The position numbers were made by a program, and so were the translations under genes. This document shows, piece after piece, positions 29,855 through 39,451 of a stretch of 64,000 nt of DNA. Below the pieces are notes generated by a model that had not been told where the DNA came from, ran no database searches, and saw only the letters and a program-made list of their open reading frames with translations. This DNA comes from a virus (lineage: Duplodnaviria > Caudoviricetes), in IMG/VR virus record IMGVR_UViG_3300020577_008610, positions 32,001-96,000 of that record. One strand, written 5' to 3'. Every line of letters begins with the position of its first letter. Within the stretch, counting starts at the first letter, position 1.

Positions 29855-31389
29855 TATGGAATCACCTTGAACCGGAATCCTTCACCTGTAATGAGGTAGT
29901 CATGTCCATTTTCAGTGATCTTGAATTCCAGTTCATAAACCACTTGAGCATCAAGGTCTGCCATGTACATGTCAAAATACATGCCAACTCCATCAGAAGA
30001 TACCTTTGTTGCCGTAGAGTGGAATGGGATAACCACCTCTCGGGAGAAAGCGTTGACCAATCTCCAGACCATCTGCTGGCAAATGAAAGACTTCACGGGC
30101 CTTGGCACATGGAAGGCTGGAAGCTCCGTGTTCCTATCCTGGACGAACACCCGAAGCCTTGCTACATCCGTGGAACCGTAGTCGGTCTTCAAATTTGTGA
30201 CATTAACCACAAAGTTCCTCTCAGTCACCACGTTTTCCTGGCTTTGAGGCAAAGAAAACTCCAAGAAAGCTCCGGAGCTGTACATGACCGTACCATCCAA
30301 ACTCTTCCAGTAAGACTGGAATGTAGCTTTCTTGTCAGTTCCGAGGTAGCTGGCAAGAGCTGCATCTGAACCTGGATCCAGGGTGACAGAGGCTTGGTAA
30401 TATCCCAAAAGTGGAAGATAACCAAGAAGGGAGGATTGGGAGCCGGTAAAGGAAGCTGAGAAGTAAGAGTAGCTTCCTGTCCTGTAAGTGATGGAAGCAG
30501 AGAAGTTCTGGAAGTACGAGGACGTGGTGATGGTGATGCTCTTGGAAGCTGCTAAAACCAACATCAAGCAGTTCGATCCTGTGACCTGACTTGCTCCTGA
30601 AACAAAATTGGTGTACTGTCCATTTACGGTTTTGTAGGTTCGGACAGTGTTGGCCTGACCGAATACCAACTGATTCCCATTGTCCTGAACAGAGTCAGAA
30701 AACTGGAAAATGAGCTTCGGATGCAATAGATTGTTGGTGGTATGCCGAGTGCCAAACCGCTTGACGAAGTAGCTGTTGGTGTCCTCTTCCAAGGATGCAC
30801 TGTATGTCAGTCTCCAACCGTAATCAGGCAACAACCCAACCAGAGTTGCAGATACGATGGAGGTCACATCCATCAAAAGGTCTTCATCTCCACGGAGGAA
30901 GGTCTGCTTCACCTCGTAGGACGTGAGGTAGTCAGAACCAGCCCCGCCAGCCCCCGTAACGGCCCAAGGAGAGGGCGTTCCGTTGGCGACCGAGGCTGTT
31001 ACCCAGTTGGCAGCATCGAGGTCCCTGAAGGCTTTTACGTCGCTCCCACGACCCTCATCCCAGGACTTGGACAGGGGGTTCAAAACGATGGTGAAGTTCG
31101 AAGGCGTGGTCTGGCCACCGTAGACATCCTTCAGGGAGAGGAAACATCGGAAGGACGGATCGGAGATGGAAACCTGTGAACCGGTAAGGGCTCGGATGGC
31201 TGAGAGGTCTGCCTGAACCAGAAGTCTGGATAGCTCAATGGTGGGAGTTGAACCTGAGCTGGTTTGGGACCAAATTTTGAAGAGGTCCAGGGTACCAGCT
31301 TGGCCGACATTGGACGTGGTGGAGCCCGAACCAGCAACGATCTTGTTTTGGACATATGTATCCTTAGCTATCGTAAGAAGTCTATACAT
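29854..31389 (-). CDS. Virion protein with DNRLRE/CBM96-like N-terminal domain
   Basis: KDTYV, SRLLVQADLS, SWDEGRG, MDVTSIV, HPKLIFQF; start ATG 31389. Confidence 0.6.
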   Translation of the reverse strand: MYRLLTIAKDTYVQNKIVAGSGSTTSNVGQAGTLDLFKIWSQTSSGSTPTIELSRLLVQADLSAIRALTGSQVSISDPSFRCFLSLKDVYGGQTTPSNFTIVLNPLSKSWDEGRGSDVKAFRDLDAANWVTASVANGTPSPWAVTGAGGAGSDYLTSYEVKQTFLRGDEDLLMDVTSIVSATLVGLLPDYGWRLTYSASLEEDTNSYFVKRFGTRHTTNNLLHPKLIFQFSDSVQDNGNQLVFGQANTVRTYKTVNGQYTNFVSGASQVTGSNCLMLVLAASKSITITTSSYFQNFSASITYRTGSYSYFSASFTGSQSSLLGYLPLLGYYQASVTLDPGSDAALASYLGTDKKATFQSYWKSLDGTVMYSSGAFLEFSLPQSQENVVTERNFVVNVTNLKTDYGSTDVARLRVFVQDRNTELPAFHVPRPVKSFICQQMVWRLVNAFSREVVIPFHSTATKVSSDGVGMYFDMYMADLDAQVVYELEFKITENGHDYLITGEGFRFKVIP

Positions 31390-32032
31390 AACGCCACCTA
31401 AAGCCACCGGCTTTTTGTCGAAGTCCCACACAGCACTTTGAAATATTTGGCCTGCTGATGCCTAGTGTTCTAGCTGCTTCTTGAAGTGAAGCGAATGTGG
31501 CCAACAACTCACCATTCAGCGTAAGCTGTTGAACCTTCTTAAATTTCCCTTCGCTAATCCGAACGCACACATCTTTTGGCCTTTTACGCCCAGTGAGTGG
31601 ATTAGCAGACCCAACTACTCCCTTGTTCCAGGACGCTTTTCCTTTGTGGGTCTTACTCAGATTGGCCTTGTGTGATGCCGAGAATTTCATACCCATTCTC
31701 GATTGGGATTGTCGTTCCCGAGCTTCGTCAGACCACTTGGTACCCACCCCTCCATCTCCGCCTTTGGTACTGTTGTACCCATTGTGGTAGGTATCCAAAG
31801 TATCAATCCACCACTTTTCCCGCTCACAGCTTGTTGGTTCCGGGCAACTTTCAAGTATTTCAGCGTGAAAGTCTTCTTTTCCGTGTTTTCGAATAGCCCT
31901 AGCAAAATGGGTATCCAATCTACGTTTGAAGGCATCGTAGCAATGAACAGCCCAACGGGTAGACACCGGCCTTTTTGTTTTGCCAACGTACTTCTTGCCG
32001 GTTGTTTGGTTGGTGATGCAGTAGATCCACAT
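31382..32032 (-). mobile_element. Free-standing GIY-YIG homing endonuclease gene
   Basis: IYCITN..GKKYVGKT, GYN, NUMOD3, C-terminal NUMOD1. Confidence 0.88.
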
Positions 32033-32037
32033 AGCGG

Positions 32038-32044
32038 TAATTAT
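32038..32044 (-). promoter_or_regulatory. Putative late promoter ATAATTA
   Basis: Motif 6 nt upstream of the GIY-YIG start. Confidence 0.5.
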
Positions 32045-32078
32045 CCATTCACAGAGTTTGTTGGTTAAGAAAGTGTCG

Positions 32079-33923
32079 CTAGAGAACGCTGCCTATAAGG
32101 TCATTGTCTTTGAAGCGGACTTCGAAGATGGAGCCTGGAGGGCCAATGACCAGACCACGGTTGGTGTTTGCTCCCACATCAAATTGGACTTCGCTGTAGG
32201 TCCTGGTTCCAATGGTTCCGATAACATTTCGGATGTTTAGGCTTTGAAGAGACAGGACTCCAGTGTTGTTGTAAATGATGTTCCGGATGTCGTCCAACAC
32301 GATTGGTTGGTCAATCTCGAAGAACTTTATATTGAAATACTGCTTCAAACGTGCCAGAACGTTGTTGAGGACAAGAGCCCGGTTGTAGTTTGGATCCACC
32401 ACCAGGACAAACTCCACCTGAAGGTTGATCACCTGGGCATCAAGCACGTCGATGGCATCCGAAATCATCCGATAGGTGTTAAGGTACCGAGCAAGGTTCT
32501 TCTTTAGTGAATCCGGAGAGACAATCAGCTGTCCGCTCGTGTTTCTGGAAATGATGTACAGGAGTGAAGAAAGGGGATTGCTCGGATTGGACCGAATAGA
32601 AGCCCTGAAGACACGACCGAAGTTAGCTGGCATGGTGTATACACGAGCCAGGAGGTCTGGCTTAGTGACGATACGTGCCTGTGCAGCCCTTGCTCCACCC
32701 ACTCTGAGCTTGAGATCATCCAGGTTAGGAGCATCCTCTCCTCCCGAAGCAGGTTGATCATTTCTTGCACTAAGACTCTGCCGTACCCTGGCGGAAACGT
32801 CTGGGGTTGGAGACCGTGGGAAGCCAATTGCAAGGCTGATGATATTTGAGATGGATCCTGCTCCAATATTGTGAGAGAGTCCTCCGCCATACCTATATTC
32901 AACTGTAATTGCAGTGTTGGTGCCAATCACCCCAAGAGTGGTTGTCCGAAGAAGACTTGTCGGGTTCAAGGTGAATCGAGAGAAGGTCTTTTTGCCATAC
33001 AAGGGAAGAGAAAATTCGGAAGGATCTGGGACAATATCATTGTCCAAACTTTCCGCATTTCCTCCTCCGAAGGTGAGAGTAGTCAAACGAGTATCAATGG
33101 ACATCTCCCGAAGGAAGCGGTATGGACAAGGGATGATTTGAAGGTTTTCCTTCACCAAGTCTCCGTCTTCGTTCTGATTGGTCAAGGCTTGGTAGATGGT
33201 ATCCTGAGCCAGATAGCCTACCTCGTAGTAGGTATTGCCTTGGGAATCCCTGACCGAAACTACCTGAGTTACATTTTCTTGGCCGAGAGTGAACTTCTTG
33301 AAGGCTTCGAACGTGCCAACCGTGAAAGACTCCGTGGCCCTGAAACCGGAAATTCCAATCTCTGTTCGCTCCAGGACAAAGTGGGTTACTTGATTGTTGG
33401 CATCTCGCTGAGAGATACGAACATTGGCCAAGAGAGCTCCGGTGCTGTCCACGTCAGCAAAGTCAATGTCCTCTGTTAGTTCGAACTGAATGCCGTTACG
33501 CGCCTGCACTCTGGTCCCAGTATAGAGAATCGGCATAGCCGTCTTGGAAGGCACAGGAGGGCTTACAGAGGTGTCTGCTGGTACTTCCACCGAGAAGGTG
33601 ACATTCACAACCGAAGGAGAAGCTCCGACGATCTCCACTCCAGCCGAACGGATGTGAGCCTGAATGTTCCTTGGCTCCACAGCCGTCTCTGGGTTTAGTT
33701 CGTGAAACTGGTGATCCATGTAGAAAGACTGTACGTCTCCCACGTAGGAAGCAAGGTCCAGGAAAAGACCTCCTAGCCCTGTTTCTGAAAAATCCTTGAT
33801 TCGGTCGGGGAAATGAACCCGAGCATGTTCGTACAGATCGGCCCGGAAGCCATCGAAATCTTTGTTTAGATACTTTCGCTGCTTGACGGTCTTGAGGAGT
33901 TGATTGCGGCTGTCTACGGGCAT
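32079..33923 (-). CDS. Baseplate wedge protein, T4 gp6 / baseplate J-like
   Basis: YLNKDFDGFR, LFLDLASYVGD, YRYGGG, ASGGED, RIVTKPD. Confidence 0.88.
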   Translation of the reverse strand: MPVDSRNQLLKTVKQRKYLNKDFDGFRADLYEHARVHFPDRIKDFSETGLGGLFLDLASYVGDVQSFYMDHQFHELNPETAVEPRNIQAHIRSAGVEIVGASPSVVNVTFSVEVPADTSVSPPVPSKTAMPILYTGTRVQARNGIQFELTEDIDFADVDSTGALLANVRISQRDANNQVTHFVLERTEIGISGFRATESFTVGTFEAFKKFTLGQENVTQVVSVRDSQGNTYYEVGYLAQDTIYQALTNQNEDGDLVKENLQIIPCPYRFLREMSIDTRLTTLTFGGGNAESLDNDIVPDPSEFSLPLYGKKTFSRFTLNPTSLLRTTTLGVIGTNTAITVEYRYGGGLSHNIGAGSISNIISLAIGFPRSPTPDVSARVRQSLSARNDQPASGGEDAPNLDDLKLRVGGARAAQARIVTKPDLLARVYTMPANFGRVFRASIRSNPSNPLSSLLYIISRNTSGQLIVSPDSLKKNLARYLNTYRMISDAIDVLDAQVINLQVEFVLVVDPNYNRALVLNNVLARLKQYFNIKFFEIDQPIVLDDIRNIIYNNTGVLSLQSLNIRNVIGTIGTRTYSEVQFDVGANTNRGLVIGPPGSIFEVRFKDNDLIGSVL

Positions 33924-33934
33924 TGGCGTTGTCT

Positions 33935-34402
33935 TTAAATAACGAACAAGAGCAATTCTAGAGCTTTTTCAATAATCCCCAGTTGTGGCACGCTGTAAAT
34001 CATTAGGATGACAATCCTGCCTGTGTACCGATTGTCAATAAACTCTGGCCTAGAGTCGAATCCTACCAAGGAGATGAACGGCATCCATTTTGCTACAGCG
34101 GTGTTGATTCGGATCATAGCTTCAGCATCAAAGTCCTCTTTGGAAGAGAACTCAGCTACAAGGGGTCGAAGGTTAGCGCCCAGGTCGTAATGAACTAGTC
34201 TTTCTCCGTGGTTGGTAAGCAAGAGATTACGAAGGTTATCGTGGATCACATCCTGGATATTGGTGTACATAGCCAGGATGCCTTCTCCGGCATCACCCAG
34301 TTGGGCTGGAGTTTTAATTCCGATTGGGGTGATGCTGGCGGGAGTGGTCAGGACGTTTTGGGTCTGGAACTGACGGATACCAACGTTTTTGAAGCTCAGC
34401 AT
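33935..34402 (-). CDS. Baseplate gp25-like (sheath initiator)
   Basis: NLRNLLLTNHGERLVHYDLGANL; start ATG 34402. Confidence 0.88.
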   Translation of the reverse strand: MLSFKNVGIRQFQTQNVLTTPASITPIGIKTPAQLGDAGEGILAMYTNIQDVIHDNLRNLLLTNHGERLVHYDLGANLRPLVAEFSSKEDFDAEAMIRINTAVAKWMPFISLVGFDSRPEFIDNRYTGRIVILMIYSVPQLGIIEKALELLLFVI

Positions 34403-34420
34403 TTTGGCCTGTCTGCTTAC

Positions 34421-34427
34421 TAAGTAT
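34421..34427 (-). promoter_or_regulatory. Putative late promoter ATACTTA
   Basis: Motif 19 nt upstream of the gp25-like start. Confidence 0.55.
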
Positions 34428-34640
34428 GAAACCAATCAACTCTTGGGCAAAAGAGGAAGACGCTCTTCGCAGGCTGTATGTAGAAGATGAGTGGCTTGGA
34501 CTCATTGTTCACAAAACAACATTCAGCCACTTGAAGGAATTTCTTTGTGCGAAGGGCTTTGGGGCATCAACAGCGAACAATTCCCATGTTTGACTTGTCA
34601 CAAAGCAGTACCCTCTTGGAGTCGTACTTTGCTAACTCTG
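34426..34640 (+). pseudogene. Decayed HNH endonuclease remnant
   Basis: MKPINSWAKEEDALRRLYVED, then in another frame CEGLWGINSEQFPCLTCHKA, matching CEALWDINNGRTLCIDCHE of 8635-9333. Confidence 0.6.
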
Positions 34641-34641
34641 A

Positions 34642-34983
34642 TTAGGACAAATTGTTCCTAGAAAGAATGGCCCGAAGATCGGCAATCTCTGATCGAAGAG
34701 CATCCAGGCTTCCCTGGATACTTCTTCTGTCGATTTCATCGCTAGCAACCTGAACGATGAACTTTTCGAGGAAGCCAAATAGGGCTTTAGTCCTTTCCTC
34801 TGCCGCTTGTTGAGCCACTTCTTCCTTTATCTTCTCCCTATTTGGTTCTGGGGGAAGTGTTTTAGGATTTGGTCCAGGATCCGGCGGTGCCGAGGGAGGT
34901 TCGAAATTGGCAATGGCCAATTCGGCTGGTTTTAGTGCGTCCAGCATATCGTTCTCTATGAGCTTTCCGTTGCTATCTGGCAT
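34642..34983 (-). CDS. hypothetical protein
   Basis: 113 aa, coupled to the upstream gene. Confidence 0.6.
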   Translation of the reverse strand: MPDSNGKLIENDMLDALKPAELAIANFEPPSAPPDPGPNPKTLPPEPNREKIKEEVAQQAAEERTKALFGFLEKFIVQVASDEIDRRSIQGSLDALRSEIADLRAILSRNNLS

Positions 34984-34984
34984 G

Positions 34985-36655
34985 TTAACTCTGATTTTCC
35001 TTGTTCACGAATACCCACTTGGATTTACATGGATCGATTTTACTCTTAAAATCGACAGATTGGCCTTGAATGTTTGCTTTGGCAACACTTGTCTGAACCT
35101 TCAACCCAATCAACCCTGGAATGGGCGAAAATGGGCCTGCAGCATTTGGAGCTGAAATGCCTTGGGATCCCAAGTTTCCAATTTCCGAGGCTACCTTGTC
35201 TCGTAAATCCTGCATTTTAGTGAACACTTCCTCCATGCATTCCTTGAATTTTGAGAATAGGACGATAGGGTCGGCATCATTCGAAGAAGCGGTATTGCAC
35301 CGCAGGAGCACCTTCCCGTCCTCGTGCGTCTGCATTTGGATATCTTTGCCCACCATAACGATGCGTCCCTCTTTGGTCATGACGAACAAGGAAAGATCTT
35401 TGTCATTCACTGTACCTTCTTTGATGAGTCGAATCTGTCCATGTTCTGAAGGGCCGTTGTCATCGTCCTTTTTGGTGGCAATCAGGCGAAGCTGCTCGGA
35501 TTTCAAAACAATGAAAGGCTGCCCGTTCTGCTCATCTTCTGGAAGATCAGCAATCTCTTCCAGGAGGTGATCTCCTGAAGAGGGATAAATGCCATTGTCC
35601 CCGCCAAAAGTGATCTTAAAATTCTTGTCTCCCTTGGTCTTCATGGCGATATAGAGTCTAGAAAGATCTCTCATGAAGTCTGGGTCACCTTCTCTTGGAT
35701 TATCCACCTTCTGGCTCTTGTAAGGGGTTTTGTAGACTTCTTTCTTATTCCTGACGTTCTGGATCACCCTAGGAGATGTCGGATTAAAGTTGTCAGCGGT
35801 TGGATCCGTGTTCTCATCCGCAGGCAACTTTCGAATGGAGCCCACTCCAGCAACAAGATCTATTGTCCCAGCCTTCTCAAGAATGTCCTGCCCGGTCGAA
35901 CCAGTAACAGGAACCACTGGTCCTGTTCGGTCAGCTCCCAAGCGAATCAAGGCATTGTTGGAACCTTGCAGGAGGAAGTCACCTGGACGCTTCTTGACCC
36001 TTGGCACAGTTTCCCAGGAGAACAAAGCGGAGGCGCTGGCATTGGTTACGATGTCGTCGTAGGGGTTGGTGGATCCTGAAGGTCGAAGAGAAAAAGATTC
36101 TGGCGTTCCGGCTCCGTTGGGGAAGGTGGGAGCGGAAGCTGTGAGATTGCTCAGGATATTCGAGGTCATGTTCCTCGGATGGTTGTAAGGATCAAATACC
36201 CGGTCCCCATGGGTGTAGTTCACATCCTCAACCTGCCTTGCCGCCATTGGTCTTGTCAGCCAATAACCAGAAGAATTCCCCGTTCTATAGTAATCCTCGT
36301 ATATGATGAGGACTTGCTCACCTGGCTTCACAGGAAGCTGGAAGTGGCTTGGAAACATCGGGTAAAAAATGTGGAGGCTAGGATGTCCGAGGTCTTGGGA
36401 GTTGGTAATTACTCTGGCAATGATGGAGTTGTACGGCATACCCTCTACCAACTCCGGGTTGGCAACAGCATCCTCAAGAGCATCCATCTGCTCATTCGTG
36501 AGCGAAGTCGGGTCATAGATTACATCCACCACCACGGCTCTTTGGAGGGTCGGGGCTTGTCCTCCAAGAAGTTGGTCCCGGCGTTGTTGTGTATTGTCAT
36601 TCGGACTGACTCCACCTGTCAGTACTCGACCAGCATTGAATCCACGATTGCTCAT
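34985..36655 (-). CDS. Baseplate central spike/hub protein, gp5/VgrG-like
   Basis: OB-fold-like LPVKPGEQVLII, GDFLLQGSNNALIRLG; adjacent to gp25/gp6. Confidence 0.68.
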   Translation of the reverse strand: MSNRGFNAGRVLTGGVSPNDNTQQRRDQLLGGQAPTLQRAVVVDVIYDPTSLTNEQMDALEDAVANPELVEGMPYNSIIARVITNSQDLGHPSLHIFYPMFPSHFQLPVKPGEQVLIIYEDYYRTGNSSGYWLTRPMAARQVEDVNYTHGDRVFDPYNHPRNMTSNILSNLTASAPTFPNGAGTPESFSLRPSGSTNPYDDIVTNASASALFSWETVPRVKKRPGDFLLQGSNNALIRLGADRTGPVVPVTGSTGQDILEKAGTIDLVAGVGSIRKLPADENTDPTADNFNPTSPRVIQNVRNKKEVYKTPYKSQKVDNPREGDPDFMRDLSRLYIAMKTKGDKNFKITFGGDNGIYPSSGDHLLEEIADLPEDEQNGQPFIVLKSEQLRLIATKKDDDNGPSEHGQIRLIKEGTVNDKDLSLFVMTKEGRIVMVGKDIQMQTHEDGKVLLRCNTASSNDADPIVLFSKFKECMEEVFTKMQDLRDKVASEIGNLGSQGISAPNAAGPFSPIPGLIGLKVQTSVAKANIQGQSVDFKSKIDPCKSKWVFVNKENQS

Positions 36656-36719
36656 GAGGCACTCTTCTCTGAATTACATAGAGGATGCTCTAAAATTGAG
36701 GAAGTGCGTGCTCGTGTCG

Positions 36720-37163
36720 TTAATGCTTGTTCTTGTTTTTGCTGATTTGATTATAGATGTCATCTTCAGAGAAGTTGTCTTCCTCAATTTTCGGAGACTT
36801 CTCTTCAGCTGCGGCCACCAGCTCGGCTAACTTCAAGAGTTGGTTTGTTGCCTTCTCCATACGCTCCATATACTTGGCAAGGGTTTGCCCATGAATGGCA
36901 TGCTCAGCTGCCCTGCCATGAACCTGGACGTAGAGGTCAGCAAACACGAGGTAAGCGTTCTTACGATCAATGACAGCATTCTCGTAAATCTGTTTCCAGA
37001 GTTGCTTCTTCTTATCCAGGCTCTTATCAAGGGAATTCAGAAGGTCACCGAATGCCTTCATTTGCTCTTTGGCTTGCCGGTCAAGCTCCTTTGTCGGAAT
37101 TGGCTTGAATTCGGTTTCTGGAAGTGCGTTCACAGCATCCTTGTCGAAAAGATCGTTGCTCAT
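36720..37163 (-). CDS. hypothetical helical protein
   Basis: 147 aa coupled ORF. Confidence 0.65.
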   Translation of the reverse strand: MSNDLFDKDAVNALPETEFKPIPTKELDRQAKEQMKAFGDLLNSLDKSLDKKKQLWKQIYENAVIDRKNAYLVFADLYVQVHGRAAEHAIHGQTLAKYMERMEKATNQLLKLAELVAAAEEKSPKIEEDNFSEDDIYNQISKNKNKH

Positions 37164-37167
37164 CTTG

Positions 37168-37935
37168 TTACTTGGTCATCTCTTCCTTGACTGTCCGGTA
37201 TTGCTTCTTGAGAGAAGAGAGGACAATGGAAAGTTGTTTGCTTGACAATCCAGTTATTTCACGAATGTAGAGCATGACAGCTCTTTTACTAAGCAGGTCG
37301 ATGTCGTCGATGTTTTTCACCAGAATTTCGATGGCATCCAAACAGGACCGCTCATTGTCCGTCTTTGCTTTTCCCTTGAGGGTCTCTACCAACTGTGGTA
37401 AATTCTTGGAAATGTTATCGTTGATGAGAAGGTCTTCAGCCGAAGGTAGGACGTTCTGCTCCTCAATCAAGTGAAGATCATGCTTGGACAATGCCTCTCG
37501 ATTATCAAGAGAGACATAGTTCTGAACCACTTTCACATTTTGCTTTGAACGAACCGTAAGCCAGTGCTTTGCAACTACATTAAAGTAGGAGAAAGCCTTA
37601 GTGCCTCGATCTTTTTTCCACTTGTCAATGGTGCCATAGAGGAACTCTAGGCACTCATTCTTCAGGTCATCCCGGGACTCATAGAGAACGTGGTAGCCGT
37701 AGACGTTAATCAAATTCTCCACCAGCGTTGCGAACGCTGGCAGAATGTCCATAACGTAAATATTGTTCCGAGCCTCGTAGTTGTGAACCACCGTGTTATC
37801 AGGTAAAGTCGTCACTGACTCCTGGTAACGAACAATGGCTTCCTGGGTCTCATCATCGAAGTAGTTTCGAAAACTTTTCTCGCCCGGCTTCCTCCGTGAT
37901 ATTTTTTTCTTTTGTGGTGGCGACGCTGTGGTCAT
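37168..37935 (-). CDS. Phage RNA polymerase sigma factor (gp55-like late sigma)
   Basis: Sigma region 2-like DLKNECLEFL...KDRGTKAFSYFNVVAKHWL. Confidence 0.72.
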   Translation of the reverse strand: MTTASPPQKKKISRRKPGEKSFRNYFDDETQEAIVRYQESVTTLPDNTVVHNYEARNNIYVMDILPAFATLVENLINVYGYHVLYESRDDLKNECLEFLYGTIDKWKKDRGTKAFSYFNVVAKHWLTVRSKQNVKVVQNYVSLDNREALSKHDLHLIEEQNVLPSAEDLLINDNISKNLPQLVETLKGKAKTDNERSCLDAIEILVKNIDDIDLLSKRAVMLYIREITGLSSKQLSIVLSSLKKQYRTVKEEMTK

Positions 37936-38267
37936 TAAGCTTCTTCCCCGGCAACCTCACGAACTTCAATGTACTTTTCTTTGGACCGTTGGGTGAACTT
38001 CGCCACCATCTTCGCAACCGCCAGCTTGGCAGCTTTAACCCCCTCCAGAGCATTCATGGTTGCCTGTTGCACCTGGGGCGAATCAAAGAACATCGGAAGC
38101 GCCAAACAATCTTCGATTGACTTTTCTGCATCCTGCAAAACCTCCGTTGTCTCAGAGAAGTCATTCTCCAAGATCAAAATGATGCTGGCAAACCTCCAGA
38201 GGTAAAATACAGAAACCACTAAGAGTCCTGCCAGCAGCAGACACAAGAGAATCAGAAAGGCAATCAT
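37935..38267 (-). CDS. Small membrane-anchored protein
   Basis: N-terminal hydrophobic helix followed by a coiled coil. Confidence 0.65.
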   Translation of the reverse strand: MIAFLILLCLLLAGLLVVSVFYLWRFASIILILENDFSETTEVLQDAEKSIEDCLALPMFFDSPQVQQATMNALEGVKAAKLAVAKMVAKFTQRSKEKYIEVREVAGEEA

Positions 38268-38270
38268 TAA

Positions 38271-39449
38271 CTAGCCTCCAAGATGTGACAATAGTAGATT
38301 ATCATATTGGGCACTAATCGTCTCGAAGCTGTAAAGGATTAAAAGCTTTTGCCGAAGATCCATGGCCCACTCCTTGGGAACTGCGTGGCTTTCTACGAAC
38401 TTCAAGAATCTTCTCTTGGCATCGGCTTCTGTAGGATAGGCCCACTGAGCCCCGGGAACAAAGATTTGTCCATCCACCCTGGTTTCATGAACAGGAGCTA
38501 GCTTGTGCTCCACTTTCGAGAACCTTCCGTGCTTCATAAAATCCATGTGCCCGGACCAGCCTGTAGCAAACACAGGAAGCCCTGTGGCTGCTGCCTCCAG
38601 GATAGGCAGACCATAACCCTCGCCGTGCGTCAGGGAGACAAGCGCCTTGACCTTGGGATGGCTGTAGAGGCCCACCACCTCCGAGTTGGTCATGGGACCG
38701 TGCAGAAGGTAGAACTTTGGCCCAGGGCCACGTTGCACTCCAGCAAGGATTTGCAACAGGGTATTTTGGGTGGCTAGCCGATCAATCTTGGTGTTCCTGA
38801 TCATGTTAGTTTTGATGATCACACCAACGTCTGGACGATTGGCAAATGCCTCTGCCATCCACTTCAAAGTGTAAGGCAGGTTCTTCCGGTCGTTCTCGGG
38901 ATTGGTCCCAGTGATCTGGCCAAAAACCAGGAAGTTGAAGTCCGTTGGAATCTGGCTCAGGTCGATGCTGTGCTCCGAAGGATTTTTCACCTCGTCAATG
39001 AAAGACTCGGGAATCACCACAATCTCTGTGTTTACAGGACCGGAGTTCAAGAACGACTGCTTGGTGAACTCAGATGGAACAATAACCAAGTTCATGTTGT
39101 TGACAGCTTCAACCCACTTAGGGTTGCACTTGTCTGTCTCCACACCAGCCGTCATTCCGACGTTGAAGGACCCCAACATGGGATTCCACTCGTTCGGCAG
39201 TTGAAGCTGGATCGTGACATCATAGAAGGGCTTGGTATTCTCTGTTGCCTGGAGGATGCGACCCACAAGGCCATCCTCGGCTTCCACGTCCGTTAACCAC
39301 CCGGTGTGCCCCCAGTGGAGAGCTTCCACGGCGATGTCAAGGTCCAGCTCTTCTTCCTTGGAAAACAGCCACTTGGCCACCTGTCGAGCATGAACACCAT
39401 ACCCGGAGCAGGTCAAAACAGGAGCCCTCAAAAGAACAGTTTTTCCCAT
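38271..39449 (-). CDS. Glycosyltransferase, GT-B (GT4-like)
   Basis: SGYGVHAR, RKN, GEGYGLPILEAAATGLPV. Confidence 0.9.
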   Translation of the reverse strand: MGKTVLLRAPVLTCSGYGVHARQVAKWLFSKEEELDLDIAVEALHWGHTGWLTDVEAEDGLVGRILQATENTKPFYDVTIQLQLPNEWNPMLGSFNVGMTAGVETDKCNPKWVEAVNNMNLVIVPSEFTKQSFLNSGPVNTEIVVIPESFIDEVKNPSEHSIDLSQIPTDFNFLVFGQITGTNPENDRKNLPYTLKWMAEAFANRPDVGVIIKTNMIRNTKIDRLATQNTLLQILAGVQRGPGPKFYLLHGPMTNSEVVGLYSHPKVKALVSLTHGEGYGLPILEAAATGLPVFATGWSGHMDFMKHGRFSKVEHKLAPVHETRVDGQIFVPGAQWAYPTEADAKRRFLKFVESHAVPKEWAMDLRQKLLILYSFETISAQYDNLLLSHLGG

Positions 39450-39451
39450 GG

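Noticed and set aside
31382-32032. GIY-YIG genes as group I intron ORFs
   Set aside because: Flanking genes are complete and the spacers are too short for an intron core; the genes are free-standing
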